Assembly (NCBI GenBank): GCA_026004595.1
Contig: BPJL01000008.1
Coordinates: 13,383-77,382 of the forward strand
Direction: 5' to 3'
Source of the DNA: Patescibacteria group bacterium
GTDB taxonomy: Bacteria > Patescibacteriota > WWE3 > UBA101185 > UBA10185
DNA length: 64,000 nucleotides
Made by a program: the position numbers and the translations under genes. The notes beneath the pieces are model-generated. The model searched no databases. It saw only the letters and a list, made by a program, of their open reading frames with translations, and had not been told where the DNA came from. Below, piece after piece: positions 30,275 through 40,575 of the stretch. The first letter of the stretch is position 1; every line of letters begins with the position of its first letter.

Positions 30275-31477
30275 ATGGGAACTAATTGCGGAAAGCACTT
30301 AAAACCAGTACCAACCAATAGTTGTGATGGTGGTGTGATTGACATTCCCCACTTTTGCAGCTTCTTGATGACAGGTAAAAGAGAATTCTGTAGAGCAATC
30401 GGAGACGGTGAGTGGGTGTATGACAGTAGTCACGGTTTCTGTTTTTTTGACGGTATAACAGACTTTGGTTTCGGCTGTTGTCATGGTACATGTGGTATAC
30501 CATTTGGTAGTAAGCTAAGGTGCAGAAGGGTTAGTTACAAAGCTGATCCAACTAAATGCTGTCTTCAGGACTACGTTTGCAGTAAAAACTGCTTTGTCGA
30601 TAACAAAACATGTGATCCTAAATACAGGGACTCAAGTACACCGGAATGCAAACAGAGGATAATGTCATACTGTACAACGGGTGAAGACCTGCTTGACAAG
30701 TGGAACAACGAGTGCTATCAGAGTCTATGGAGAATTCTCTACAAAAGCTGTCTAAAAGAAAAAATAACCGGTCTTCCTTTTGACACGGAAAACTTTCTTT
30801 TTGCTAAGAAGATGATAACAACTCTTTTTGAGAAATACTTAGCTAGTGGAGGCGTACTCACTGATGACCCAACAACTACGGGAGACACTACTCTTGATGG
30901 AGTACTCTATAAAATCTGCTATAACACTCCAAGTTTATGTGAAGATTTTCTGTCGAGGTACTGTGTTAACAGAAAACCTTCCAAATGGTGTGGTTGTTAT
31001 ACGAAACAGTTCGATTTAATGGTACCAAGAGAATGCTTACCCTCGTGTAACAGAAGCGGTGTAATTGGAATCTCGACCAATAACAAGTTGGGTAAAAAAA
31101 TATGTGATAGCACTATGTGTGTGATAGAAGATAACACCATATCCATATTTAAATCAGAGATAGGCAATATCAGTTTTGAACAGCTGTGTGGCACATGTCT
31201 CAAAAATGGAGGAGGCTGTAGCTGTTATATTCTAAACAACACGATAAAGGCGATCGATGGAAATGTTGGCGAGATAAACCTTTCCCAAAACTGTGACAGC
31301 GCTCTCTGTTTTAAAGACGGAAAGCAGGTTGACTGTTTCAGTGACATTAAACCAACAGTAATACACCCTCATGAAAAGATAGCCATAATACTTTTGGTAT
31401 CATTCGCTGTGACAATGCTACTTATAACTATTCACAAATTTTATAACAGATATATTTCCTATAAGAGGACCTTATAG
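30275..31477 (+). CDS. Cysteine-rich membrane protein with a C-terminal transmembrane anchor; possible N-myristoylation (MG...).
   Basis: More than 30 cysteines in the ectodomain. The C-terminal hydrophobic helix is IAIILLVSFAVTMLLITI. The N-terminus is MGTNCGK. Confidence 0.5.
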   Translation: MGTNCGKHLKPVPTNSCDGGVIDIPHFCSFLMTGKREFCRAIGDGEWVYDSSHGFCFFDGITDFGFGCCHGTCGIPFGSKLRCRRVSYKADPTKCCLQDYVCSKNCFVDNKTCDPKYRDSSTPECKQRIMSYCTTGEDLLDKWNNECYQSLWRILYKSCLKEKITGLPFDTENFLFAKKMITTLFEKYLASGGVLTDDPTTTGDTTLDGVLYKICYNTPSLCEDFLSRYCVNRKPSKWCGCYTKQFDLMVPRECLPSCNRSGVIGISTNNKLGKKICDSTMCVIEDNTISIFKSEIGNISFEQLCGTCLKNGGGCSCYILNNTIKAIDGNVGEINLSQNCDSALCFKDGKQVDCFSDIKPTVIHPHEKIAIILLVSFAVTMLLITIHKFYNRYISYKRTL

Positions 31478-31589
31478 TACTGTTTTTAAAAGAAAAGAAC
31501 CAGTATATCACTAGTATTATCATCGGTGTCAAAACTCCAAGCATGTAAGAAATTACTGAATCTATCATTTTAAAATAAGACATATTTAA

Positions 31590-32903
31590 ATGGACTTTAA
31601 ACCAAAACTCGTCATTATAAGATCAGATCTTACTTTATCCAAAGAGCTTGAGGAGCTTAATAAGGCAAAGGGAGACAAAGAGATCGCGTGTTACTTTATC
31701 AGGTGTGACTACAGAAAAGTAGACAAGACTAACTATGATGAAACAAGAACAATTGCAATAGTTCCTAAGTACATATACGATCATTTTACTAAAAACAGTG
31801 TACCAGAGCTGTTGATGGAAAAATACCGTATTGATAAAACAAAACATTACCCGAAAGATGAAGCGACTTTTGCCTTTTTTATACCCCTTCCAACCTACGT
31901 GAGCGATGATATTAGCAAAGAGGAAAGGCTTCTTTACTTGTCACAGCTTTATCTTCACTTGGAGCATTTCAAAAATATTGGTATGTTCGATGATGATTAT
32001 AAAATACTTATACAAACTTTAGGCGGTAAACCATTAAACAGAATGATCGTGATTTTCGAGTCCATGGCAGACGTCTATTTTTCAGAAGAACCAAATGAAG
32101 AGGTGCAAAAGAAGATGGAGAAAATAGCAAAAATCAAGGTAGCACTTGATCTGACGCGTTGGTTTATTCCTCGCGATGGAGAACTTTTTCCCTATGACGA
32201 TAAGGAGTCTTACTACAGACACGTTTCCTGGTGCGAAAGAGGAAAACTGTTATCAACACTTTTTAGAAAAAACTTTATAACATATGATAAAGGAGAATCA
32301 AAAGTCCTCAAAAAAGTGGAAGAGGTCAGCAAAAAGAAGCGTGAGCCGCGTGAGCCATGTGAGTGGCGTGAGTTGCGTGAGCGACGTGAGCAACGTGAGC
32401 AACGTGAGTTGCGTGAGCGAAGCGAACGGCGAAGCGAACGGTGGCATCAGCCGTGTGGTGAACATTGTAAGCCATTCGAATCACACTATCAGAGACGATA
32501 TTGGCAACGTAGACGGTTTGAACCACGTTGGTACTATGGAAGACGTAGATGGTTTGAGACGGGTGATCGGCGTGATTGGCGTGAGCCGCGTGAGCAACGT
32601 GAGTGTGAGCAACGTGAGTTGCGTGAGCAAAGCGAACGGTGGCGTCAGCCACGTGAGCAACGTGAGTTGCGTGAGCAACGTGAGCAACGTGAGCCGCGTG
32701 AGCAACGTGAGCAACGTGAGCAACGTGAGCCGCGTGAGCAACGTGAGCGACGTGAGCAACGTGAGTTGCGTGAGCAACGTGAGCAACGTGAGCAACGTGA
32801 GCGACGTGAGCAACGTGAGCGACGTGAGCAACGTGAGTTGCGTGAGCCGCGTGAGCGACGTGAGCGACGTGAGCGAAGCGTAACGGTGGCGTCAGCCGCG
32901 TGA
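31590..32903 (+). CDS. Protein with a globular N-terminal domain and a long Arg/Glu-rich (REQRE/REPRE) repeat tail. It is truncated by an apparent +1 frameshift at about 32881.
   Basis: The N-terminal ~240 aa are complex. From about 32330 the sequence is encoded by cgtgagcaa/cgtgagcga repeats. An extra t at agcgTaacgg (elsewhere agcgaacgg) shifts the frame. The RE-coding frame then stays open in frame +1 to 33102, ending ...LLESEEWVVVKPKRTFH. Confidence 0.5.
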   Translation: MDFKPKLVIIRSDLTLSKELEELNKAKGDKEIACYFIRCDYRKVDKTNYDETRTIAIVPKYIYDHFTKNSVPELLMEKYRIDKTKHYPKDEATFAFFIPLPTYVSDDISKEERLLYLSQLYLHLEHFKNIGMFDDDYKILIQTLGGKPLNRMIVIFESMADVYFSEEPNEEVQKKMEKIAKIKVALDLTRWFIPRDGELFPYDDKESYYRHVSWCERGKLLSTLFRKNFITYDKGESKVLKKVEEVSKKKREPREPCEWRELRERREQREQRELRERSERRSERWHQPCGEHCKPFESHYQRRYWQRRRFEPRWYYGRRRWFETGDRRDWREPREQRECEQRELREQSERWRQPREQRELREQREQREPREQREQREQREPREQRERREQRELREQREQREQRERREQRERREQRELREPRERRERRERSVTVASAA

Positions 32904-33060
32904 GCAACGCGAGCGACGTGAGCAACGTGAGTTGCGTGAGCCGCGTGAGCGACGTGAGCGACGTGAGCGAAGCGAACGGTGGCGTCAGCCGCGTGAGCAA
33001 CGTGAGCGACGTGAGCCAAGTGAGCGAAGCGAACGGCAAAGCGAACGGCTGCTTGAGTCA
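32330..33060. repeat. Simple-sequence tandem repeat (cgtgagcRa)n with interspersed agcgaacggtggcgtcagcc units.
   Basis: The low-complexity periodicity is directly visible. It generates long spurious ORFs in all six frames (track ORFs 32284.., 32326.., 32481.., 32645..). Confidence 0.85.
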
Positions 33061-33076
33061 GAAGAATGGGTAGTAG

Positions 33077-33721
33077 TTAAGCCAAAAAGAACTTTCCATT
33101 AACATACTTTAGATTGATTATCTCTTTAATCTCATTATCCTCCATTTTTATCATTTTTGATTTTAGCTTGCATAATGCTATACCAAGTCTAAGGATGTCA
33201 AAAAGCCTTGCTTTCTCTGTTTCTGATAAACAGTATGTTTCTGACAGCATTGAAACATACTTGCTTAAGTATACCATTTTTTCGGGATAGGACTTTATCT
33301 GACTCCAACTAACTATCTCTTCTGGTTCCGAATCAGTTATCTTTTCCTCTTCGTTAGGGGAGAAAAGACCTGCTTTGGTTTTCATAAACTCTATTAGAAC
33401 TGTCTTTAGTTCTTCTCTAGCAACTGTGCTTAAATCAAGCTTTGACTGTCTTGATGATTTGTAATGAAGAACTCCATCAACAAACTTAAAGCCGCGGTAA
33501 AACCTTCCCTTTGATGCCTCTTCAAAAAGCTTTTTCCAAAACTCATCGTCTGTTTCATCAGCTATCTCCTTAAATATGGGATGAATGATCTGTTCATCTA
33601 TCTTTTTTAAGCCTCTTGCGAGAGTCTTGTTCTTTCCCGTGGGGTTAAGAGATGTTTTCTTCTGACTTGAAGAGTATATTGGCGTATCGTTGTCCGAAAA
33701 AATAACTAGCATATCATTCAT
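33077..33721 (-). CDS. Hypothetical protein.
   Basis: A 214-aa ORF. Confidence 0.4.
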   Translation of the reverse strand: MNDMLVIFSDNDTPIYSSSQKKTSLNPTGKNKTLARGLKKIDEQIIHPIFKEIADETDDEFWKKLFEEASKGRFYRGFKFVDGVLHYKSSRQSKLDLSTVAREELKTVLIEFMKTKAGLFSPNEEEKITDSEPEEIVSWSQIKSYPEKMVYLSKYVSMLSETYCLSETEKARLFDILRLGIALCKLKSKMIKMEDNEIKEIINLKYVNGKFFLA

Positions 33722-33743
33722 TTTTGTTAACTAAAAACGAACA

Positions 33744-34382
33744 ATGTTTCATATATATAAAATGGTAACTAAAGACATAACAGATTTTCTTCCTATATAC
33801 GTAAAAGGCAGAAAAAACATAGAGGAACTGCTCTTTTGGTACCTAAAACTGGTGATGTATGATAGTCATATTAGAAAATATATAAAGGAAAATTTTTCTG
33901 ATGTTGAACTGGTTTGTCACTGTGAGGGACTAAAGTATGACTTGTGTCAGGGTGATATTATTGTTCTTATTTTAAGGAAAACAATATCACCCGGTCTGTA
34001 TCGGATAATTTTGGAAAGAGGATATGACACTACTGTTCCAATGGCTGATACTATTGTAAAAACTGGTTTGGTTAAAGGACCACGTAACAATAGACTGATA
34101 TATAAAAGAGTTAGAAATCTGGTTTACTTAGCATCATACCTTGATATGGACATAAACAGTTTAAAAGAACACTGTTATGAAGATTCAAATAGTGAACTAT
34201 CAAAACTGTTAAGGGGTGGTGAAACAACTGCTAAAAAATTATCATACGATCTAAAGATTTCTAAGAAAGACGCAGAGATGATAATAAACTCAGACTGTAT
34301 TGATTCTAACTTATTACTTGATGAAACTGCTTTTGAACTATACATCCTTGGAACACATACTTTTCACCTTCCTGAGAGCTAA
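33744..34382 (+). CDS. Hypothetical protein.
   Basis: A 212-aa ORF. Confidence 0.4.
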   Translation: MFHIYKMVTKDITDFLPIYVKGRKNIEELLFWYLKLVMYDSHIRKYIKENFSDVELVCHCEGLKYDLCQGDIIVLILRKTISPGLYRIILERGYDTTVPMADTIVKTGLVKGPRNNRLIYKRVRNLVYLASYLDMDINSLKEHCYEDSNSELSKLLRGGETTAKKLSYDLKISKKDAEMIINSDCIDSNLLLDETAFELYILGTHTFHLPES

Positions 34383-35174
34383 ATTTACCGTTTCAAAGTT
34401 CCAGTTTTTATCCGTTACTATACCTGAGTTTATACAAAAGTTTGCTGAAACCCTTCTTAGAGTCTCAAAAACAGCGTACCTGTAGTTAGCGCTTTCTATC
34501 ATTTCCATTAAGATTGTTCTGTCTTTTACTCTTGGAAAAAGCTTGTATGTGTGTATACAGCCCTTTATCGCAACTGTTTCAGGGTTCATGCACCAGTTTG
34601 GCATTGTTAACTTCTCTTTAGTCGAAGATCTTTTTGGTGCTATCATCTTTCTATTGTTAATCTGATAGTAGTAATACCAATAAACAATCGTGAGCATTGA
34701 TTTGATTACTTTTAGTGTTTCAGTGTCTGGGTTTGGTGTACCCTTTCCACTGAACACTGGAAAGACGCCAGTAAGCTTCTTTTCCATCAACTCTGTTAAC
34801 GATAACTTTTTGTCGGACTGAATGAAAGCCCTGTTTTCACATGAGAAGTCTTCTACTATACACTGTACTTCATAGCAGTTAAGAGGAACCTTTGAATAGT
34901 AGATGTAAACGATGTTGTTGTCGGGAAGTGACATTTTTATACCCTTTTTGCTTAGTCTAAAAGTGTTCTCTTTAACCCGTTCAACGGTAAAAGTACCATC
35001 TGAATCAGTCGCGTCTTTCACTGCTTGAATACTGTCCAGAAAACAGTATAATTTTAGTTTATCAGTATCCTCAAAGACAAGGTTAGTATCAAAGACGTAA
35101 ACATTTCCTTTCACCTGTTCTAACTCTTCTTTAGTGGGTAATATTACATCACCACAGATGACAAAGTTGGTCAT
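34338..35174 (-). CDS. Hypothetical protein.
   Basis: A 278-aa ORF. Confidence 0.4.
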   Translation of the reverse strand: MTNFVICGDVILPTKEELEQVKGNVYVFDTNLVFEDTDKLKLYCFLDSIQAVKDATDSDGTFTVERVKENTFRLSKKGIKMSLPDNNIVYIYYSKVPLNCYEVQCIVEDFSCENRAFIQSDKKLSLTELMEKKLTGVFPVFSGKGTPNPDTETLKVIKSMLTIVYWYYYYQINNRKMIAPKRSSTKEKLTMPNWCMNPETVAIKGCIHTYKLFPRVKDRTILMEMIESANYRYAVFETLRRVSANFCINSGIVTDKNWNFETVNLALRKVKSMCSKDV

Positions 35175-35201
35175 TTTAGAACTGTTTGATATTGTTGTCT
35201 A

Positions 35202-35711
35202 TCAGTTTTGATGCTGTTCAATCAGTTTTGATGCCCTGTAGGTTAGAGCCTTTTTGTATTTGTCATCGTTTGTGTTTTGACCTCTTCCGTTTAAGATCCT
35301 CTCACATGTTTCCCATTTACATCTTCCCAACGTTTCATCATCTCCTTCTATTTTACCCTTTTCAAATGAAAAGGTTTTGTAAAAGCTTTTATCGCAGAAG
35401 TAAAGCTTTCCAACTGGATTATCAACCTTTACCAGTTTATCACCGTCAAGTTTATAGTCCTCAAAATACTGTATTGGACAGACACAGTCTTTACCGTCTT
35501 CTTGGGTAAAGTTGTCTAATCTACAAGCATACAGTATGGGAATAAGCTTTAACACTGGGCTTGTTGGATTATCTTTGCCACAGATCCAGTCAGCATAGCA
35601 CCAATCACTCGGGTACTTGAGTATTGAGATCTCTTTACCCTTGATAAAGAAGTAAACAACAGTTAAAACCAATAGTATTAACATCAGGATTATCCATATG
35701 ATAAATAGCAT
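35202..35711 (-). CDS. Type-II membrane protein, function unknown.
   Basis: The N-terminus has the hydrophobic helix IIWIILMLILLVLTVVYFFI. The ectodomain contains conserved cysteines. Confidence 0.4.
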   Translation of the reverse strand: MLFIIWIILMLILLVLTVVYFFIKGKEISILKYPSDWCYADWICGKDNPTSPVLKLIPILYACRLDNFTQEDGKDCVCPIQYFEDYKLDGDKLVKVDNPVGKLYFCDKSFYKTFSFEKGKIEGDDETLGRCKWETCERILNGRGQNTNDDKYKKALTYRASKLIEQHQN

Positions 35712-35714
35712 GTT

Positions 35715-36077
35715 TTATGTTGATGATACTTTCTTTAGATTTTGTGACACCTGTTCATGTATTTTACCATCTGATCCCTTTCTCCAAGCAAGAGAACCGT
35801 CTTCACAGTGATAGATCGGACAGCCCACTGATTCGTTGTTAAGAATGGAATGATAATTATGATAAGAAACACCTATTAGTATCACAGTTATTATTATTAA
35901 CACTACTGTAATAGAGATAAATATAATGAATATATCCATGTAGCATAAATTTATATATAGTTTATATAAAATGGAAGATATAACATTAGACAGGGAGAGA
36001 ATATCTGGTCCGGTGGATAACACTACTCCCCACTGTGTACTGAAACAGCTTCTGGATAATATTAATCTAAACTCCAA
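35715..36077 (-). CDS. Small membrane protein.
   Basis: A 120-aa protein with a central hydrophobic helix. It overlaps the start of the next plus-strand gene, so its 5' extent is uncertain. Confidence 0.3.
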   Translation of the reverse strand: MEFRLILSRSCFSTQWGVVLSTGPDILSLSNVISSILYKLYINLCYMDIFIIFISITVVLIIITVILIGVSYHNYHSILNNESVGCPIYHCEDGSLAWRKGSDGKIHEQVSQNLKKVSST

Positions 36078-37689
36078 CGTTAAAGTGAGATATGATGATG
36101 GAACTGATCTCTATAAACTTTATCAAAAGGTTAAAAGCGATGATATAGAGTTTAAAAGTTCCAGTGATAAAACCGCTTTAGCACTGTTTATTAACAGTGA
36201 CCCCTTTGTCTGTTGGGACGAAGAATCACTTGACAAAGCCACAAAAAGTCTTTTAAGGTTTTACGATGGTTTAAAGGTTATAATAGAATCAGTAAATAAA
36301 GTAGGTTACATAACCCCTGATAACATTGACTCTTATGACCCATCAATGCTCTATAGACTCTGTAAGTTTTTCAAGATAGAAACATTTTACACAATGACAA
36401 TGGAACAGATGGCTAACGCGATAAACCTTTTAAACGGTGACATCGAAATGATAAGAAGAAACTTAACACTTTACCTAAAGGAGATCACTCCATCAGAACT
36501 GGTATCCGTTTACACTTTTTTAAACAGAAACTCTAACAGGTTGATAACTGATCATGACTATAAGAACTTTATATCAGAATACGTTGAAAATAAAAAAGAA
36601 ATAGTTGTAAAAGAAAAAATTGACACGATAGTAAAAAACGTTAAAGACAGAGACTTTCTTTTAAGAAACTATACACCAGCGACTGGAGAGGAAGCAGTTG
36701 TTCTCTCGGGAATAAACTTTGGAATTAACCTGCTTGACTCCGATACACCCATATCCGATTACCTTGAACTAAAGAGAAGCGTCGAACTTTTTGTTCCAAA
36801 ATCAGCTCTTTTCGCAAAAAGGTACATTCTAAACCGTGAATTCTACAAATTAGAAAACAGATGGGTGCCTGACTTAAGAAACCTCTACTCGCAGGACCTG
36901 ATAGAAAATCTGGCCCTTTTTGAGGGATGGAATAACGACGGTGATGTAATAGAGTTTCTTGATAACGTGAGAAAAAGTTATACCTTTTATCACGGTGTTC
37001 ATCCATACGCAATAAAAGACAAGGATGATAAAATAGAAGGTAACATTACTTATGGCTGTGAAGAGAAAGGGGAATTTGTTGTGTTATCTGAGGACGATCT
37101 TATATCAATGATTAGAAACTATGGTTTTAGGACACCTAACTCAATTACGTTAAGTGGTAATGTGTGTCAACTAACATCAGCTTCTTTAAGAAAACTGTTA
37201 AACATCTGTAGAAAGTATGACCTTAACAGGCTTTTAGAGATCATAAAAACAATGTTTAAAAGAACAAACATATTTAGTATCACGAGGTGGAATCTGGAGT
37301 ACACCAGAGTCGCTCTAATACTACTTTACGAACTCTCGCTTTACTTGAGGGGCTGGAAGTTGAAAAAGCTCTCTGGCAAGTCATCAGAACTACCTCCCCT
37401 GAAAAAGGAGGACACTTTGACCGAAAACTTTGATCAGCTTCAACTAAACGTCAACAACGCGGTTGACAGTCTGTATCAACACCTTGATAAGGACCTGGTC
37501 CTGAAAAACCTTTTTCTTAACCTCTGCGTGATAAACACTAACATGTCTATATACGAAGCAATAGAAAAGATAGTAAACGGTACTTACTGTATAAGGATGA
37601 TGTCAAACTATTTGCTTTCAACTGTTCATCACTACTGTAGTCAGCTTAACTTACCCCTGCCATTCGACGACTTTGACAACGTATACTAA
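35971..37689 (+). CDS. Hypothetical protein.
   Basis: A 572-aa ORF with start context TTTATATAAAATG. Confidence 0.45.
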   Translation: MEDITLDRERISGPVDNTTPHCVLKQLLDNINLNSNVKVRYDDGTDLYKLYQKVKSDDIEFKSSSDKTALALFINSDPFVCWDEESLDKATKSLLRFYDGLKVIIESVNKVGYITPDNIDSYDPSMLYRLCKFFKIETFYTMTMEQMANAINLLNGDIEMIRRNLTLYLKEITPSELVSVYTFLNRNSNRLITDHDYKNFISEYVENKKEIVVKEKIDTIVKNVKDRDFLLRNYTPATGEEAVVLSGINFGINLLDSDTPISDYLELKRSVELFVPKSALFAKRYILNREFYKLENRWVPDLRNLYSQDLIENLALFEGWNNDGDVIEFLDNVRKSYTFYHGVHPYAIKDKDDKIEGNITYGCEEKGEFVVLSEDDLISMIRNYGFRTPNSITLSGNVCQLTSASLRKLLNICRKYDLNRLLEIIKTMFKRTNIFSITRWNLEYTRVALILLYELSLYLRGWKLKKLSGKSSELPPLKKEDTLTENFDQLQLNVNNAVDSLYQHLDKDLVLKNLFLNLCVINTNMSIYEAIEKIVNGTYCIRMMSNYLLSTVHHYCSQLNLPLPFDDFDNVY

Positions 37690-38216
37690 ACGTGAACGAA
37701 TGGTGACCTGATTGAGCTTATTCGATGAAGTAGTATCTCTCTTTCTATTGACTGTAGTTCGTTTATCGCCTTCGTTACGTCTATCTGTTTTATCAGTGAA
37801 GGGTTAGGAAACTTTCTGGCAGAAGCAACAATCTCCTCGCAGAACCTTACAAGCTTTGACCAGTCCTCTGAGCTTATGTCATTTGATTCCATTGAGTGTA
37901 TAGCATTGTCCAGTTTGTCTCTTATCATCTTATAGTATCTCATTACGGCTCTTGATGACTCTGATCTTCTATGGAAACCAACGGTTGCTTCTAACGTCTT
38001 AAGCGAAACAACAATTGACATCATGACCGTTGAAGCATCTTTGTTAATATATTCTACTTTGACGTTAATAGTGTTAATAAGCGTAAAAAACCATATTAAG
38101 ATATCAGAAACGTAACCAACTATGCTCCATATTCTAAACCAAAGTCTGCTCTCTTTGAAAGCCTTATCAAAGTCGTCTCTAGCAGTCTTTATGTTGGAAA
38201 ACCTGTATTCGTCCAT
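37686..38216 (-). CDS. Hypothetical protein with a transmembrane segment.
   Basis: A 176-aa protein with an internal hydrophobic helix. Confidence 0.4.
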   Translation of the reverse strand: MDEYRFSNIKTARDDFDKAFKESRLWFRIWSIVGYVSDILIWFFTLINTINVKVEYINKDASTVMMSIVVSLKTLEATVGFHRRSESSRAVMRYYKMIRDKLDNAIHSMESNDISSEDWSKLVRFCEEIVASARKFPNPSLIKQIDVTKAINELQSIEREILLHRISSIRSPFVHV

Positions 38217-39653
38217 TTAAATCATGGTTGATAATATTATTTTTCTTGGATAGTAATAAGAAAACATAACAAAACCATGGCTTGTCCATGGAATAAGAAA
38301 GTCATTGATGAAAAGGCTGTTTGACTTCATCACTGCTATTCTAATCTGTTCCAGTGTTCCTCCTGGGTCGTCCACATCAAAGTCGTCGAAGACTTCCTTC
38401 TGAACCTGCTTTAGCACCTCTCCCGTTTCAACCGAATAAACGTATATGTGTTCTTGGGTTGCAGTGATAAAGAACCTGGGAGAAAGAGAGTAAACGTTAC
38501 CCACAGCATTATATGTTCTCACGGGCGCGAAGTTCTCGAACAGATGAAAAAGGCCATTTTCATCCTTTAACATTAAAAGCTCATTATCGAACCTATCCTC
38601 GTAGAAGAAGCCATGGGGTGTTATGCTTAGCTTTTTTCTTTCTATCTCAACCCCATTAAGTTTGGCCTTTACTAATTCCCCGTCTTCTATCCAAGCAAAA
38701 AAGTTTTTAAATGTAAGTATTGCATCTTTGATTCCGATAAAAGTATTGTCATAAAGATTACCATCAAAGTCATAGAAGTAATTTAGATACCTTGTATAGA
38801 AACCGTTCTTCACTGGATAGTATTTACCATTCGGTATTCCTCTGGCTATCGTTTTCCACTCTAAGTCGTCCGTTAACTCTAGCATAACTTCTACTGAAGC
38901 GTTTTGATTAAGGCTTAGTGGTAAAAAAGTGCAGATCTTTTTAGTATTATCACAAACAAATCTTCTTTCACATGCCATTACAGAGCAGTCTTGTATCCAA
39001 CCAACTGTCTGTTGACAGCTGTTGTTAATGGAACAGGCTAAATCATTAGCACAGTCGTTGTTACTGTTACAGTAAGAGCCCTCTTCACCGGGTACGTTGA
39101 TGTTTTCGTATTGACAGATTCCTTTTAGACAGTTTCCCGAGGTACACTCGTCATCAACTTTACAGGTCTCGCCTATAACCTTTTTCTTTTTGCAGATACC
39201 ATTATCACAATAGCCAACACATTCTAATGAGCTGTTGCACTTAAACCCGTCGTCTCCTTTACAGACACCGTCCAAACAGACCAGACCTTCATCACATGGA
39301 GTGTTAACACAACTTTGAAAAAGGCCGTTTTCAACCGAACAGACACCGTTGCAGTACTTGGCTTCCGTTACACACTCCAGTATGGTTACACAGTTTTGAC
39401 CCAACTTTTTTAAACAGATATTGCCCTGACACTCAAGCCCATGATCACACTCACCATCACAGTCCATGCTAAACGTAGGCAAAAAGTTCTGTACCTTTGG
39501 CTTTTCATAGTGTAAAACAGATAACCATACTATAACAATGATAACAACAACAATTAGTAAAATAGATGAAAACCAGTCAATTAACTTTATCATATTTAAA
39601 ATGTGGTTTGATTTTAAAACTCGTTTAACGAGAATAGATGACAAGAGCAACAT
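38217..39653 (-). CDS. Type-II membrane protein with cysteine-rich EGF-like repeats and a C-terminal globular domain.
   Basis: An N-terminal transmembrane helix is followed by about 200 aa of C-x-C-rich modules, for example CDGECDHGLEC and GICQYEN. Confidence 0.5.
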   Translation of the reverse strand: MLLLSSILVKRVLKSNHILNMIKLIDWFSSILLIVVVIIVIVWLSVLHYEKPKVQNFLPTFSMDCDGECDHGLECQGNICLKKLGQNCVTILECVTEAKYCNGVCSVENGLFQSCVNTPCDEGLVCLDGVCKGDDGFKCNSSLECVGYCDNGICKKKKVIGETCKVDDECTSGNCLKGICQYENINVPGEEGSYCNSNNDCANDLACSINNSCQQTVGWIQDCSVMACERRFVCDNTKKICTFLPLSLNQNASVEVMLELTDDLEWKTIARGIPNGKYYPVKNGFYTRYLNYFYDFDGNLYDNTFIGIKDAILTFKNFFAWIEDGELVKAKLNGVEIERKKLSITPHGFFYEDRFDNELLMLKDENGLFHLFENFAPVRTYNAVGNVYSLSPRFFITATQEHIYVYSVETGEVLKQVQKEVFDDFDVDDPGGTLEQIRIAVMKSNSLFINDFLIPWTSHGFVMFSYYYPRKIILSTMI

Positions 39654-40575
39654 GATAAACTTTGACCTGTTCTATGAAACGTACAAAAGGGTTCCAAGGT
39701 GGGGTCAGGCTAAACTTCTGTTTTTCGAGATACAGTTTCTCACTCACCACTGGTCATCGAAGCATAAAAACCCAACATTGCTTTACATAGGAGCTGCATC
39801 AGGAGAACACATAGTGATACTATCCCAACTTTTTCCCTCAATAAAGTTTGAACTCTACGATAACAGGGAGTTTGATAAAAGACTTTACTCACGTGATAAC
39901 GTTACAATACATAACAAGCTGTTTGAGGAAGAAGACTTAGAGTACTGGAAAGGAAAAGAACTATATCTTATATCAGATATAAGAACAGTTGATTACCTTG
40001 ATAAAGAGGGAGTGACTAAAGAGGATCTGATAAACAATGATGAGATTATTATCAAGGACATGGAACTTCAAAGGCATTGGTATGAAGTACTAAAACCCAT
40101 TGCTGCTAGCCTAAAGTTTAGGTTACCTTACTTTTTTCACAATGAGCTGTCTTACCTTGATGGGAAGTTAATAGTTCAACCCTGGGCACCAAGAAACACG
40201 ACAGAATGCAGACTAATACCCAACGGCAAAACGAAGACTTGGAACATAAGAGAACACGTTAACAAAATGGCATACCTTAACACAATAGTAAGAAAAGAGT
40301 TTAGATTTTACAATTTCATCGATGGTAACTCAAAGAAACCGTTTTCGGTTAAACATGGCCTTAATAACGACTTTGATTCAGCTTACACGGTTCTAATAGC
40401 ACTAAACTACCTGAAGAAAATGTCAATGTACAACAGTAACACAACACTGATAAACTTTCTCGGGTCCCTTTTGCTTAAAATAAACGATATACCTTTACCT
40501 TATATAAGGGTAAATATTAAACTTAAGTACAATGATAAGGGAGATAATAATACCGATGATAATAAAAAAGTATAA
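39601..40575 (+). CDS. Cap-specific mRNA (nucleoside-2'-O)-methyltransferase, poxvirus VP39-like.
   Basis: RWGQAKLLFFEIQFLTHH, LLYIGAASGEHI (a SAM-binding glycine loop) and ELYLISDIRT match the VP39 GQLKLL, YIGSAPG and ISDVRS elements. I moved the start to the ATG at 39601 (TTTAAAATG), because the track start overlaps the neighbouring gene. Confidence 0.72.
   Translation: MWFDFKTRLTRIDDKSNMINFDLFYETYKRVPRWGQAKLLFFEIQFLTHHWSSKHKNPTLLYIGAASGEHIVILSQLFPSIKFELYDNREFDKRLYSRDNVTIHNKLFEEEDLEYWKGKELYLISDIRTVDYLDKEGVTKEDLINNDEIIIKDMELQRHWYEVLKPIAASLKFRLPYFFHNELSYLDGKLIVQPWAPRNTTECRLIPNGKTKTWNIREHVNKMAYLNTIVRKEFRFYNFIDGNSKKPFSVKHGLNNDFDSAYTVLIALNYLKKMSMYNSNTTLINFLGSLLLKINDIPLPYIRVNIKLKYNDKGDNNTDDNKKV

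Noticed and set aside
32284-33039. Long ORFs in several frames and both strands over the cgtgagc microsatellite (for example 32284..32883 + with VSNVS repeats, and 32326..33039 - with HVAHVAH repeats).
   Set aside because: They are artefacts of a stop-free simple repeat. Only the RE-encoding frame is contiguous with a complex N-terminal domain and a proper start.
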